A stretch of 64,000 bases of DNA from Histomonas meleagridis 2922-C6/04-290x (lineage: Eukaryota; Protista; Parabasalia), in assembly GCA_020184695.1 (NCBI GenBank), contig JAANOX010000026.1:138178-202177 (forward strand), in the 5' to 3' direction. The position numbers were made by a program, and so were the translations under genes. A model generated the notes under the pieces. It had not been told where the DNA came from. It ran no database searches and worked only from the letters and a program-made list of their open reading frames with translations. Of the stretch, positions 45,201 through 56,170 are shown piece after piece; the stretch's first letter is position 1; each line of letters begins with the position of its first letter.

Positions 45201-48200
45201 ATTTGTCGTTTGATTTTATATTCTTTAATATCATTAATTGTATAAAGTTGTGCTAAATCATTTCGAATTTCTTTTAAGTTTTTACTATTTTTCATTGCTT
45301 TTTGTTGATGTTTTTGTATGTAATTATTATAATAATTAATAATTTCTTGAGTAGAAAATGAATTCTCTAATTTAGAATATGAACTTGAAATTTGATTTTG
45401 TAATTTTTCGATTTTTGGATTTTCAATAATTTCTTTTTTGGATAAAAAATGATAAAACACATGTGAAAATGTTTTATCATTTAATAAATTATTAAAATAT
45501 TTTAATAATAAACATTTTTTAATTATTTTAATTTGTATATTAATATTATTACAATGAATTAAACAAATTAATATGAAATCAGTAATTGATTTTGTTTGTC
45601 GTTTAATGATAGCATCGAATATTAATAATATTTTATTATCCCACCAACCTTCAGATACTCGATAAAGTAAAAACTTAACTAATTTTTCATATGAGACATC
45701 ATTTAATTGTGGCATATTCAGTTTATTAGTTAATATACTTAAAACAATTTTTTGATGCATCGAAATAGCTACAATTGGATTTACATCAGAACCATTAACT
45801 AAAAATCGTTCGAATATTATTCCATAAGTAATATTACTTTCATTAGCTTTAATTATAAATATCTTCGCAATTAATGTAATAATAATATTAACAAGATTTG
45901 ATTCTAAAATTTCATCAAAGTTTTCAGGGATTTCTGGTAATTTAGTATTAACTTTTTTAATTTCATCATATTTATAATAATTTATATATTGTTCAACATA
46001 TGAATTAGTTTCTTCTATTAATGAATTATCTAAACAATTAATTTTCTCAATATTAAATTTGGTTTCTGTTTTAATAGGTACATTATAATTAAAAAATGAT
46101 CTACTTCGAGATTTTGTTATATTTTCTTCATTTTTTGGTGACTCAAAAGGCATTGGTTTAATAGGTAATTGATCAAAACCTAATGAACATAAACGTTGAA
46201 TACTTTTAATATATTCCAAAACAGAAATATTTGAATTTTCCATTAAACGTAATATTACTACTAATAAACTTGATGATATTAATTCATGAATAGAATGTGA
46301 AATTTCATGACGTATGAAATAAGGTAATAAATCTAAAATTAAATTTGTTAAAATTGGTCTTTGAATATCTAAATCAGCAAAATCTTCAAGTGTATCAGCT
46401 GATTTACATGTATATAATATTAATAAAGATTTCCAAAACTTTATATATTTAGAATAACTTATGAATAATTCAGTATATTTTTTAATTGATTCATAATCAA
46501 AATATTGTGAATCAATATTACAAAATTTACATGATAACTCAAATATATTTAAACCTAAATCATTCCGTAATAAAGAAATATAAAAAAGTGTATCTTCAAG
46601 TGTATTATATTGATGAAATATATCAAAATTATCTATGATTACATCAACTAAAAACTTTTGTTTTGTATAAATCGTTTCATCTTTTAATGAAGAAATTGTT
46701 TCTGATTCAATAAATGGTAAACTTGATGAAGCTAATAATAAATTTTTCATATATAATGGATTTTTTAATACAAAATTTAAGATAAATGTCGAAATATTAT
46801 GTTCAAAACTATTTGGTAAATTAAATATTATATAAGAATCAAGTAAATAATGAAATAATTTATCCCATTTTTTATCCGATTCAAATAAATTATATAAAAA
46901 ATCAAAATTATAATTAGAAATTATAGTATAATCACATATTAAATCATTAAAATAATCCCATTTCTTAATAGGAAATGTTTGAATTTCATGTGTAATAATT
47001 CTTTCGATTTCTTCTGTATAAAATTTCTTCTTTTCTAATAATATATATTTTAATGCCGGGAAAAAATAATTTTCATCAATTGCTTTTAAGTTTAATAAGT
47101 TAAAAGCCGACTGAATTAATAATGAAAATGATTTACTATCATTAACATTTAATAATTCTAAAAAGATATAATCTTTACCACCGAAATGTTCCAAATATTT
47201 TAATATACCATTATAAGGTACAAATAAAAATCCTTTTTTCATACGAATTTTAGTTGGATAAAATACACTTGGACCATTTTGATAAATTCTTTTAATATCA
47301 TTCATTTGTAAAAAGTTTTTTGTAGTTTGAAATGAACCAGATAAATAATAAAAAGCATTTGTACTAATATCACTACCTAATATTACTCTCGAAAATGATT
47401 TACATCTATTTTCATAAACTTTTTCATCATCGAAATATACTTGTATTGATTGTTGTTGGAAAGTTTTATTATAAATAATTATCGTTATCATATGCCATTG
47501 TTTTAAATTATATTGAACTTCTGTACCAAATATATTAAAAGTTTTAGAATCAACAGATATTTCTCCAATTGTTGAACTTAATATTATAGTTTTCGATATA
47601 ATTTTCATCATACAAATCCAAAATGTTGTACTTGTGCCTAATTTAAATGTAGCACTACATTGTTTAGAATTCATATGACATTGAAACACTGGAAAATGTG
47701 GATAATCAATATTAGTTAATTGATGAATTATTTCAGGATTATGTAATAATTCATTTGATTTATTATGATCAATATATGTCGGAGAATATTTTAAGATTTG
47801 TTCATATGTAGGTGTAAGATATTTAGTAGCAAATGCTCCAAAGATATAACGATCGAATTGTGTTTCGAAATTTACATCTTTAATATATGCACATAATGAT
47901 GGAATTCGAAGTAATCCATATGTTTTAGAGTTTTGTGGTACACCTGTTGATAATTTCTTTAATTGTTCTTCATTTAATTTAGATAAAATCGAATTTTCAT
48001 AGTTTTGTGATATAAATTCATCAATAGTTTCAAATGGTCCATCACTAACTATTGATGCTAAGAAATCTAAACTCGCATTAGTTTTTAATGAATAAAATAA
48101 AAAACGAATTCCATAATTATCAATGAATAATGATACAAATAAATACGAATTATTCGCTAAGTTTGTAAAGATTTCAAATACTTCATCATTAACTAATTTC

Positions 48201-49483
48201 TCTTTAAATGATTTTAATAATTCTTCAAAATATGATGAAATATCACAAAATTGTGCAATCTTCTCGATACATTTTGTTCCTACTTTATGTCCTTCATATG
48301 ATAAAACCATAAAAGGTTTAAAGATTCCAATAGATAACTTATTTGAATTATCAAGTTTATCAACAAGAAATTCAGTAAGTTTTAATATGTTTTCATCTTT
48401 AAGAAAATTCTCATGAAATAATTTGAAATTTGTCTTCAAGATTAAATATGAAATCATTTCTCCAATATGTGAATCCCATTCATTTTCGAATACAAATGTT
48501 AAGATTAATGATGAATAAATTCCCGCACGTTTAATAAACGGTTTGAAAGAAAAATATTTGACATGCGGGGTGCCCCGAAGCTTTGACACTATATCAAGTG
48601 CAGAAATTAATAAATTCGAATTTAATTTGGTTAAACTACAAATTTCATTAAAAGAATTCCATATAGCTTTAGGATCTGATGTTTGTGAGTTTAAAAACAT
48701 ATAAAAACAATTAAAATCGGGTACTGCTGTAAAAAATAATTTCGAAACTTTAAGAAATTCATTTAAAAAATTTCCTGTATTCATCTTATATATGACAGAA
48801 CCAACAAATTCTATCGAATTACCGGTGGTGGCTGAACATATTTGAAGGTTTTTAAAGGATTGTTTAACTGCTGGATAAAATGATGGAATCTTATCTGCAC
48901 TTTTGAAATTATAATTACTTGCGGCTTGAATAAAGATTGGCCCGTAAATCTGACAAGTGTTTGGATTCTTGACAAAACAAGTTTCCCAAAGATTTACTAT
49001 TGAATCATTTGAAAAGAATAAAGATGGCATGTTTGGAAATAAAAGACAAGAACGAGTAAAATAAGTACTTTTGTTTAGTAGGTTTACATCGTCATTTTTC
49101 ATTATTTCAAAAATGAAATTGAATAAAATTTTGCAATTTTTTTGATCAGGAACAAATAAAATCAAAGCCTTATTAAGAAACAAAAATCCTTCGTCTATTA
49201 TTTTTTGATCTTTTAGTTGATTTTGAAAAAATGGAATAAAAATCGTAATTAAGAATGTAACTTCGGATTTAATCTGTAATTTTTGAAGTTCCTCTTTATT
49301 TAAATCTTTAAAATGTTGGAGGAAATAATTAATTGCTTCACCTGGATAAGTATCATCTGACAAATCACGTACTAACTCATGAAATTGCTTTGCCTCTGGA
49401 TCCCAATCTTTCTTAGTCAAAAGACGAAAAGCCGATGATCCAGAAACATTTACACTTCGTATGACTTTTCCAATCCAACTCAT
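42263..49483 (-). CDS. Beige/BEACH-domain protein with WD40 and a C-terminal Cys finger
   Basis: BEACH motifs GRSFNDYSQYPIMPW, HYGTHYS, DVKELIPEFY, WIDLIFGYKQRG, FGQCPIQLF; CxxC cluster near the C-terminus. Confidence 0.93.
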   Translation of the reverse strand: MSWIGKVIRSVNVSGSSAFRLLTKKDWDPEAKQFHELVRDLSDDTYPGEAINYFLQHFKDLNKEELQKLQIKSEVTFLITIFIPFFQNQLKDQKIIDEGFLFLNKALILFVPDQKNCKILFNFIFEIMKNDDVNLLNKSTYFTRSCLLFPNMPSLFFSNDSIVNLWETCFVKNPNTCQIYGPIFIQAASNYNFKSADKIPSFYPAVKQSFKNLQICSATTGNSIEFVGSVIYKMNTGNFLNEFLKVSKLFFTAVPDFNCFYMFLNSQTSDPKAIWNSFNEICSLTKLNSNLLISALDIVSKLRGTPHVKYFSFKPFIKRAGIYSSLILTFVFENEWDSHIGEMISYLILKTNFKLFHENFLKDENILKLTEFLVDKLDNSNKLSIGIFKPFMVLSYEGHKVGTKCIEKIAQFCDISSYFEELLKSFKEKLVNDEVFEIFTNLANNSYLFVSLFIDNYGIRFLFYSLKTNASLDFLASIVSDGPFETIDEFISQNYENSILSKLNEEQLKKLSTGVPQNSKTYGLLRIPSLCAYIKDVNFETQFDRYIFGAFATKYLTPTYEQILKYSPTYIDHNKSNELLHNPEIIHQLTNIDYPHFPVFQCHMNSKQCSATFKLGTSTTFWICMMKIISKTIILSSTIGEISVDSKTFNIFGTEVQYNLKQWHMITIIIYNKTFQQQSIQVYFDDEKVYENRCKSFSRVILGSDISTNAFYYLSGSFQTTKNFLQMNDIKRIYQNGPSVFYPTKIRMKKGFLFVPYNGILKYLEHFGGKDYIFLELLNVNDSKSFSLLIQSAFNLLNLKAIDENYFFPALKYILLEKKKFYTEEIERIITHEIQTFPIKKWDYFNDLICDYTIISNYNFDFLYNLFESDKKWDKLFHYLLDSYIIFNLPNSFEHNISTFILNFVLKNPLYMKNLLLASSSLPFIESETISSLKDETIYTKQKFLVDVIIDNFDIFHQYNTLEDTLFYISLLRNDLGLNIFELSCKFCNIDSQYFDYESIKKYTELFISYSKYIKFWKSLLILYTCKSADTLEDFADLDIQRPILTNLILDLLPYFIRHEISHSIHELISSSLLVVILRLMENSNISVLEYIKSIQRLCSLGFDQLPIKPMPFESPKNEENITKSRSRSFFNYNVPIKTETKFNIEKINCLDNSLIEETNSYVEQYINYYKYDEIKKVNTKLPEIPENFDEILESNLVNIIITLIAKIFIIKANESNITYGIIFERFLVNGSDVNPIVAISMHQKIVLSILTNKLNMPQLNDVSYEKLVKFLLYRVSEGWWDNKILLIFDAIIKRQTKSITDFILICLIHCNNINIQIKIIKKCLLLKYFNNLLNDKTFSHVFYHFLSKKEIIENPKIEKLQNQISSSYSKLENSFSTQEIINYYNNYIQKHQQKAMKNSKNLKEIRNDLAQLYTINDIKEYKIKRQIDIFIIKKAILYQFSYRFNITNLEIENVVASLYYKQYLLSLNNVNINEVDHMIIPSPNPLCVPQKMIPLCYEKSILIEKKGRNFVIPQSYHSMNYPTKYNKLNESHPAPFCYSKLKLPTFLNVSLLQTLKTYFGVKSGLFNCGMISTPEVLSCIGTFTKDSFNILLNAELNNINNLILNDTSDMFCHYAVFEGVPHGHYGEPKLFAHHPIIIIKFVDILYALPRRFVYENTEIDIFLINGLHYTFVMKENDRKILLSKSKSLPLINYYQQSSISKMNILNESIDLITKLWINYKITTFDYLMYLNIKGGRSFNDYSQYPIMPWILGGFLGSKPLILRDLSKPMGAQTKVREERFIIAYKETLPHYHYGTHYSSPASVFHYLLRVEPFTLFNLHLHNGFDHKDREFSSISETWKSASESNQSDVKELIPEFYVLPQMFENINNLDLGERTDGINLNTVILPEWGKDPIIFIWKMRETMESLDTAQHINDWIDLIFGYKQRGQAAIEAINVYQPLTYDISSNDKENIIENKAIVDAVNQFGQCPIQLFINPHPKFKLNEINELNLENTKTLQININHFISNSRTIIFDKYLPIVLPEFEHYINGYNIKIWDNYIEYHNKIISSLDAITCSCISKDNTILAIASKFGIVSLFSCINSEIRLITNINTFYFDINFLCISTFHAIICIISKNLIILFDYSTKLPMYQLETNEQIIFASFDDSTNFLITCTLNQIFIYGLDLRLIATSERSTSNICSLNTCDSIKWNKTPFYVTGHENGTVTLWKLDITNYSLKQMNNIIDGIDSPITSLTIFANNKALIAIGSSGNAKLAMIYPIHQKFIDKSVFNKCYICGCDIVKNNMFGCCVCGLYVCKNCVSLKRPLICKKCKDEIIDVNKNDNENENEEENNNEKVMNLIESEEEDKENKEIMIIDEEDEENKEISIEEEDINENNLFCNNVNYRIMSGSRDRFNMHFAMLPKSGRHTL

Positions 49484-49796
49484 CTTCTTGCTAAACGAGG
49501 CCTATCAGAAATTTTTGAAAGTTCTTAAAAGTGCTATAGAAATCGGCGCGATTAAAAGAGCATCAGCCATTTGATAATTGAATTATCGATCGTGATTTGA
49601 AAGACATTCGAATAAACAATTCAATATTCTGTCAACTTTGTGGCACCCCAAAACATTTTTTTTCTCATTTATAAATTTTGTTGTTGTTGCACAAAACTCT
49701 CAAACTTTGCATTGCTTAAAAAGCATCAAACTCAATCTTTGTGATTCGGTTAAAAAATAATTTTTTTTATTTATAGAAGCGCGAGATTTTTATTAA

Positions 49797-50694
49797 TTAA
49801 TTTAAAGTATTATGTAGTTTTTCAATAGCTTTTTCTAATGTTTTACTTAAATTTTGTTGTTGAGGAATTTGCCCCAAAATAGTTTTAATTAATGTATGTA
49901 ACTCCTTATGTTTACTTGCTTTAGCTAATATTTTAATCTTTAATTCTAATGGTGGAACAGTGCCATACGTTAATCTATTCACCATATAACTTGCGTTTTT
50001 ATAATTTATACATGCGCAAGTTAATACAGTTCCAGCGAAAGGAACTTTATCCCATTTAGAGATAAACATTTCCAAGATTTCGTCTGGTAATATAATACCT
50101 TCTTTAGCCATTTTAGCAGTCGCTATATAAGCGGCTACTTGTAATGAAGGTTCTTTCGATTGTATTTTATTTTTTATTATATCTAAAGGTATAAACTTTG
50201 TTAAATTATTACCAATTAAACATCGGAATGCAGAAAGATTTAATTCGACATTATCTTCATGTAAACAATGAATACATTTCTTCATCACTTCGATTTCTTT
50301 CTCAGTGTTAACTCCATTTCGTGCAACGATTTCTAATGCAATTGATAATTGTTCAAATTGTTCACATTTCAAAATTGCTTCAGTCGCGAAATTGTTTTTA
50401 CATGAAATGATTGTTAAATCCATATTAACATTTTCATCATTTGTTGGTAAATATTCAATTATCGAATTCATTAAATCGTTTGTTATTGTATTTGGTTTCA
50501 TTTCTCTTAATTTATTTGTAACTTTTCCAATAACTTTAGTGTTCATAAATAATATTAAACATTTGATATATATTTCATTATTTTCATTCTTTTCATGAAT
50601 TTTCTCTAATTTATCCCATAAGTCATCAATTCCTTCATTATTAAGTTTTGTTTCTTTATATCGATTATAAAATGAATTCAAATCATTTATATCT

Positions 50695-50735
<41 letters not shown>

Positions 50736-52241
50736 TTGTTCATTTTTATCTTCTTCTTCATTACTTTCATTATTTAACTTTTCGTCTTGTAAAGTAGTTT
50801 CACGAATATGTCTTTCTACAGCTTCTACATCTGCATCAGGAAAATATGTTTGTCGTGTTCGCCACATACCTAAAACTTGTGTAAAAGTTGGTCGTAACAC
50901 TGGATCTCTAACCCAACAAGCCATGATCATATCGCGTAAAGCTATTGGCGTGTCGAATGGCAATGGAGGCCTCATATCCATATATAAAACTTGTTGTACA
51001 ATTTGCATTGTATCCAAGTTTTCAAATGGTAATTTCTTTGTTAAAAGTTCCCATAATACTATAGCATAAGCATAGACATCAATTTCTTCATTATATTCTT
51101 TGCCGTCACACATTAATTCAGGCGCCATCCAATGTGGCGTACCTAAATTACGTGTTAACTTTTGAAGACTATTAGTTAATGTTCGTGAAAATCCAAAGTC
51201 ACAAATTTTGGCATTTCCTTTGTCATCTAATAATATGTTCGCAGACTTTAAATCACGATGAATGATATGACGTCGATGAAGATATTCCATCCCTCGTGCA
51301 ATATCATATGCCGCGATTGTAAGTTGCGTTTGATTTAATCGATGATTTTGATGAATGTCATGATATAATGTGCTCCAATCCAACCATTCAGTGACAATAC
51401 TATATGGTATTGTGTCTGTAGCACCATAAAATTTAAGTACACATGGATGATGAACACTCGCAAGGATCGAAACTTCTCTTTGATATGATATTAATCCTCG
51501 TTCATCAAATTCTTGGACTTTAAATTCTTTGATGGCAACTCGGGTATTATTCGATTTTAAGTGGCCATAATATACATTAGAGGAAACGCCTGTGCCTTCG
51601 AATTTTTCTTTGATGAAATCAGAATGATTGAGATGCCATAATGAAAATTTTAACGGAATTGGCGTCTCGGAAAAGAAATTAGGGATAATGATCTTAGAGT
51701 TCGAGGCGCCAATGTTGTTGTTGATACTTTCGATCTTTTTAAGAAGAAGTGGATCATTAGATGGATCGCGTGTGAGTGAATGAAGTTGCCCTTGAAGTGT
51801 GGTTAATATGGAGGCAAGATCAGATACATGAGATTGAACCCATTTGGTATCGGTTGAATCAAAATAATTGGCTGAAAGTTTATCAAGAGACATGGCGTTT
51901 TCATGAAATTTGATAATGAGGTCACTGACAACAGTTGAAATTTTAGAAGAAGATTCATTTAAAATACTTTGCATCCAATTTTGAGCATTATTTGCATTGA
52001 TTAAATTATTAAATTTCTGTACTATTTGAAGTATTTCGCGATATGCCTTCACTGCACTTTCTGAAGCAGGAGTATTACTAGCGCGTGCTTTAAAAGCAGC
52101 AGAAAAACTTCTAAATTGATATGACGCCATTCGTAAAACTTTTTGATGGATGGCCGCCTTTGAAACGGATGACTCAAATGTTGTGCAGACACTTGATAAA
52201 TGGCTTGCCATTTCTCGGTACGTTGGCACCTTGACATTCAT
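49797..52241 (-). CDS. TKL-family protein kinase
   Basis: VAIKEF, HRDLKSANILL, ICDFG, GTPHWMAPE, DVYAYAIVLWE. Confidence 0.93.
50697..50735. repeat. (ATT)13 microsatellite encoding poly-Asn in the TKL kinase
   Basis: Direct reading. Confidence 0.9.
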
Positions 52242-52801
52242 AGCAAAGGCTTTACTTTTTTGAATGCGTTAAATATAACCGTGGATAATTTAAAAAAAGT
52301 CAAAAACCGATGGCTTTTTCAAATTTTTCTAATGAAAAAATGAGCCTAACCGCTTCCTGCCATATCAATGTTGTATTCAGTCGTTTATTATCGTTTTTGT
52401 ATGTGCTTTATTTCTTGTGGCACCATTTCAACATTTTTTTTGATGTCTTAAACAAAAACTATTTTCATAAACCAAAATGAATTTGTTTGTGATGATTCAT
52501 TTTATGAATATATATAAAGCTTTATCAAAACCATTTTTAAATATAAAAGAACAAATTCAACATCTTCTCAAATATCCTCCTTCACTTCGCCTGCGTCCAA
52601 CTATTTTAGTTTCATCATTTCATATGTATTAAATGCAACATCAATATTTACCATGTGCTTAACCTGAACACTATAAAAAGAAAAAACTTGGAACTAAAGT
52701 TGATATTATAGTATTGGAATCATTTTCATCTAAGTTTTTGGGTTATTTAATACAAAAATGGGGAAAATGATTATAAAAAACAACTTAAGGCGCATGGTAA
52801 A

Positions 52802-53420
52802 ATGGACGTAAATACTGAAGATAACTTAAAATAACTTATCGAAGGAATGACTGATAAAGTAATCAGTGTACTTGAGTCTTTGCTTTAAAAGAAATAAATA
52901 AATATACCAAATTATTATTAGTAAAGGAAAAAGAAATATGAAACCAATATTTTAATTATTAAACAAAAAAACTAATAATAATTTAATTCTTTTTAACTAG
53001 AATTGTGGCTTTAATCAATATATAGCATTGTTATTGTTGCGATTTCATTTCAATACATGTATTAACAATTAGAGCTCTTATCATTATACAAAGGATTATT
53101 ATGAGTAATATGGTTTAAAAGAAAATTAAAGTATTTTAAATGAAAAATTGTCAAGTATTAGCAGAAACAATAGCCTTGAAGGTAATGAAGAAAATAATAA
53201 AGATATGAAGAATCAAGTGTGAGAAAAACACTTCAATAAAATTGAAGTCAAATGAATGTTAAACACATCAAGAAGATAATTAAACAATCATTTTCAACAA
53301 TTTGCTTTTGCACATTATCATGTTAAATTGATAAATATTAGATTTTGGGTTCTGATAAATGCTCTTTTTATTATCCATAAAGAGGAAATAGTTTTTAGTT
53401 ACAAAACTTTCCTTTTCATT
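52802..53420 (+). pseudogene. Decayed ORF of unknown family
   Basis: Protein-like reading from ATG 52802, interrupted by many TAA/TAG/TGA codons and at least one frameshift. Confidence 0.35.
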
Positions 53421-53427
53421 ATAAAAC

Positions 53428-53712
53428 ATGGGATTAAACCTTACTAATGCATGTAAACAAGCTTTTTATAGGCATAAGAAAGGTGTTTTTCTAATCTTTA
53501 TAATCACAATAATATTATGGATTCTACTGTATCTTGACTTTCTTCCAACATATGAAGAACAAAAATATGAACGATTTCTTTCTTTTTTATTTCCAATTTG
53601 GGTAATCTTATTTTTTATTGTATTTGCACATATAGAGTTTAAAATAAAAGGAAATTATACTGAAATGTACCCAGGGACTATAGATAACAAAAAAAACATA
53701 AAAGAAAATTAA
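53428..53712 (+). CDS. Small hypothetical protein with two predicted TM segments
   Basis: 94-aa ORF with an ATG and two hydrophobic stretches. Confidence 0.5.
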   Translation: MGLNLTNACKQAFYRHKKGVFLIFIITIILWILLYLDFLPTYEEQKYERFLSFLFPIWVILFFIVFAHIEFKIKGNYTEMYPGTIDNKKNIKEN

Positions 53713-53848
53713 TAAATCATTTTTGAAGAGGTTTTCATTTTGAAGTTAGAAAATTACTCAGATATAATATAATTAAATTAAATCAAAAATTTAAGAAGAA
53801 TTTACGAATTTAAAAATATCGAAATAATCGATTCGAATTCATAAAACT

Positions 53849-54427
53849 TTAGCAGCACTTCTTTTTCTCTTCATCAGGATTAGCATCCAACTTCATTGGT
53901 TGAGGCGTTACTTTCTTTGGAAAGTTTTTGGTTAATTCAGATAATGCAATCTGGAAAAGTTTCTCAACTCCAAACCCTGTTACTGCACTGGTTTCTGTAT
54001 AAAGTGCATTGTATTTTTCGGCCATTTCCATCGCATAAGTTTCTTCAATTTGTCTATCTTCAATATCAACCTTATTTCCGCAAATTACAATCACAATTTT
54101 TTCTTCAGTATTTTCACGAAGTTCTGATACCCAGTAGTCCACAGATTTGAATGTATTTGATGAACTCACGTCATATACAACAATTGCGATCAGAGCACTA
54201 CGATAATACATTGGAGCCAAGCCGCGGTAAAGTTCTTGACCAGCCGTATCCCATATGAGGAGCTGATATGCTTTATCATTGAAGGTTATATCCTTAGTTA
54301 CAAATGCAGCACCAACTGTTGGAACTGACATTTCTGGTATAGAACCTGATACATACTTTGTTACAATGCTTGTCTTTCCGACACCACTATCACCAAGAAA
54401 AACAATTTTTATTGCTCCTTCAGTCAT
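53849..54427 (-). CDS. Rab-family GTPase (Rab5/21/22-like)
   Basis: GDSGVGKT, PTVGAAFVTK, WDTAGQE, LAPMYYR, GNKVD, ETSA and C-terminal CC. Confidence 0.93.
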   Translation of the reverse strand: MTEGAIKIVFLGDSGVGKTSIVTKYVSGSIPEMSVPTVGAAFVTKDITFNDKAYQLLIWDTAGQELYRGLAPMYYRSALIAIVVYDVSSSNTFKSVDYWVSELRENTEEKIVIVICGNKVDIEDRQIEETYAMEMAEKYNALYTETSAVTGFGVEKLFQIALSELTKNFPKKVTPQPMKLDANPDEEKKKCC

Positions 54428-54815
54428 TTGAGGAATCGATGATTGAATAACCGTTTTTGGTTATCCAAAAAACTTTTTCAAAAAGTTGTAGTTGTAATGT
54501 TTGAAATCTGATTTGAATACTTTATTTTATTCAAATGAACCTTTAACTGATGCGGTTCATGATTAGAATGAAAGTGAATGAACATTTTACAACTATTTTT
54601 TGAATAAAATTAATGTGCAAAAAAAGAAGCTTAATTCAATGTAGTTATATAACTTTAATTTTTGTAAAAATATGTATTGTATAAATTTAGTACATTTTAG
54701 TAGTTATATAACATAAAGAAAAAAATTTAAACTTTTACAGTAAAGAAAATTATTTCAAAAAATCCAAATTATCTCTGCTTTATATCTCTTTATTTAGTTT
54801 AAAAGTCCTGTATTT

Positions 54816-55418
54816 CTATTCTGTATCTGTATCTTCAATTATAAGTTCATCATTGTCGTTGCGAAACTTTGGCATATCACCAGAAATCTTATCCCAGTTA
54901 TCATGAAACCATTTGATTAAAACACACTTTCTTCTTTTTGCATCTCTGTCCAGTGGTATGTTCCTCTTTGCGGATAGGTACTTTGCCATTTCGCAAAGAT
55001 AGTGCTGCTTTACCCCATGCCCAAAATGACATGATATATATCTCCATGCCTCTGATATCTTTGGATCGAACCCTTTCAGACGACGTCTAATTCTTTCTTT
55101 CTCTATAGAATTTGCACTGTTTGTTAATTCAATAATAGCTTTTTGAATAGCATAGTTTGGATATTGCTGATATAAAATTTGCTGAGGGGGAATATATCCT
55201 TCTCTTTGTTGTGGGATAAAGACTGGTATTTTATCGTTTAAAATAGGAATTTGTTCATTGCCATTGATTGAAGTAAGAAATTGGATTCCTTTTTCAAGTT
55301 GCATTTGAACCATTGCAGTTAATTGCGAGTTTGTGCTTGCTAGGTCAGTTATTCTTGATAGTTTTTGAGAAATTTGGTTCCGAAGTTGAAGAAATTCGCT
55401 CTGCTGCGGGTTCATCAA
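54816..55418 (-). CDS. Hypothetical protein with an 'LDRDAKRRK.VLIKWF..NW' helical domain (parabasalid-expanded family, possibly DNA-binding)
   Basis: 200-aa ORF; family recognised from memory only. Confidence 0.65.
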   Translation of the reverse strand: MMNPQQSEFLQLRNQISQKLSRITDLASTNSQLTAMVQMQLEKGIQFLTSINGNEQIPILNDKIPVFIPQQREGYIPPQQILYQQYPNYAIQKAIIELTNSANSIEKERIRRRLKGFDPKISEAWRYISCHFGHGVKQHYLCEMAKYLSAKRNIPLDRDAKRRKCVLIKWFHDNWDKISGDMPKFRNDNDELIIEDTDTE

Positions 55419-55514
55419 TCAAAAAGTGGCTTGTGCTAAAATAACTTTTTGTGAAGTATATTTTTATCACAAACGTTTTTTTGCGGGAAACCTTGCACAC
55501 ATTTTCCAAAGATA

Positions 55515-56078
55515 ATGATAATTTTATTTTTCATTACTATTGTGTCTCTCGATGACAATGATAGCTCCATAGATATTTCTTCAAGTATACAAAAAATTAG
55601 TGATTCATTCCATAAATTATCAAATCTTCATTTACATAATATTGATAAATCACCAGAAAATGATATAGACATTTTGATAGAAGGAATTGAAATTAAACAT
55701 TCAAAAACAGGAAAGTTTTTTTCTAACTTGATTTCTGGAAAAAGCGATGTTTTTTTGGAAGAGGATTGTCAAAATTGTATTAAAATCAATGCTCAGCATG
55801 CAAATATAACATTTAGGGCAATGGGTCAGTCAAAGGTTAATAAAATTATCATAAGTGGATTATCTAAGAATCTCAAATGCTCGATTTCTCAAGCACGGTT
55901 TATATTTTATTTAAAAGAAAAAATTATGCATCATACTCCATTTTATAAACTTGAAGATTCCAATTCTAAAGATTTTATTTACTTTGATAACACAATCATA
56001 TTTGACAAAATGAAACTTGAAGCAATAAGCAACAACGAAAACCTTCTTTGCCTTGATGAGATAACTCTTCAAAATTAA
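55515..56078 (+). CDS. Hypothetical secreted protein
   Basis: 187 aa with a hydrophobic N-terminus MIILFFITIVS. Confidence 0.6.
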   Translation: MIILFFITIVSLDDNDSSIDISSSIQKISDSFHKLSNLHLHNIDKSPENDIDILIEGIEIKHSKTGKFFSNLISGKSDVFLEEDCQNCIKINAQHANITFRAMGQSKVNKIIISGLSKNLKCSISQARFIFYLKEKIMHHTPFYKLEDSNSKDFIYFDNTIIFDKMKLEAISNNENLLCLDEITLQN

Positions 56079-56170
56079 AACTTCGGTATTTTAAGTGAAG
56101 AGAAAAAACATCTTTCAATTCACTAAATTGTCATTAAACTATTTTTATACAAGAACTCTCCACATTTTTA

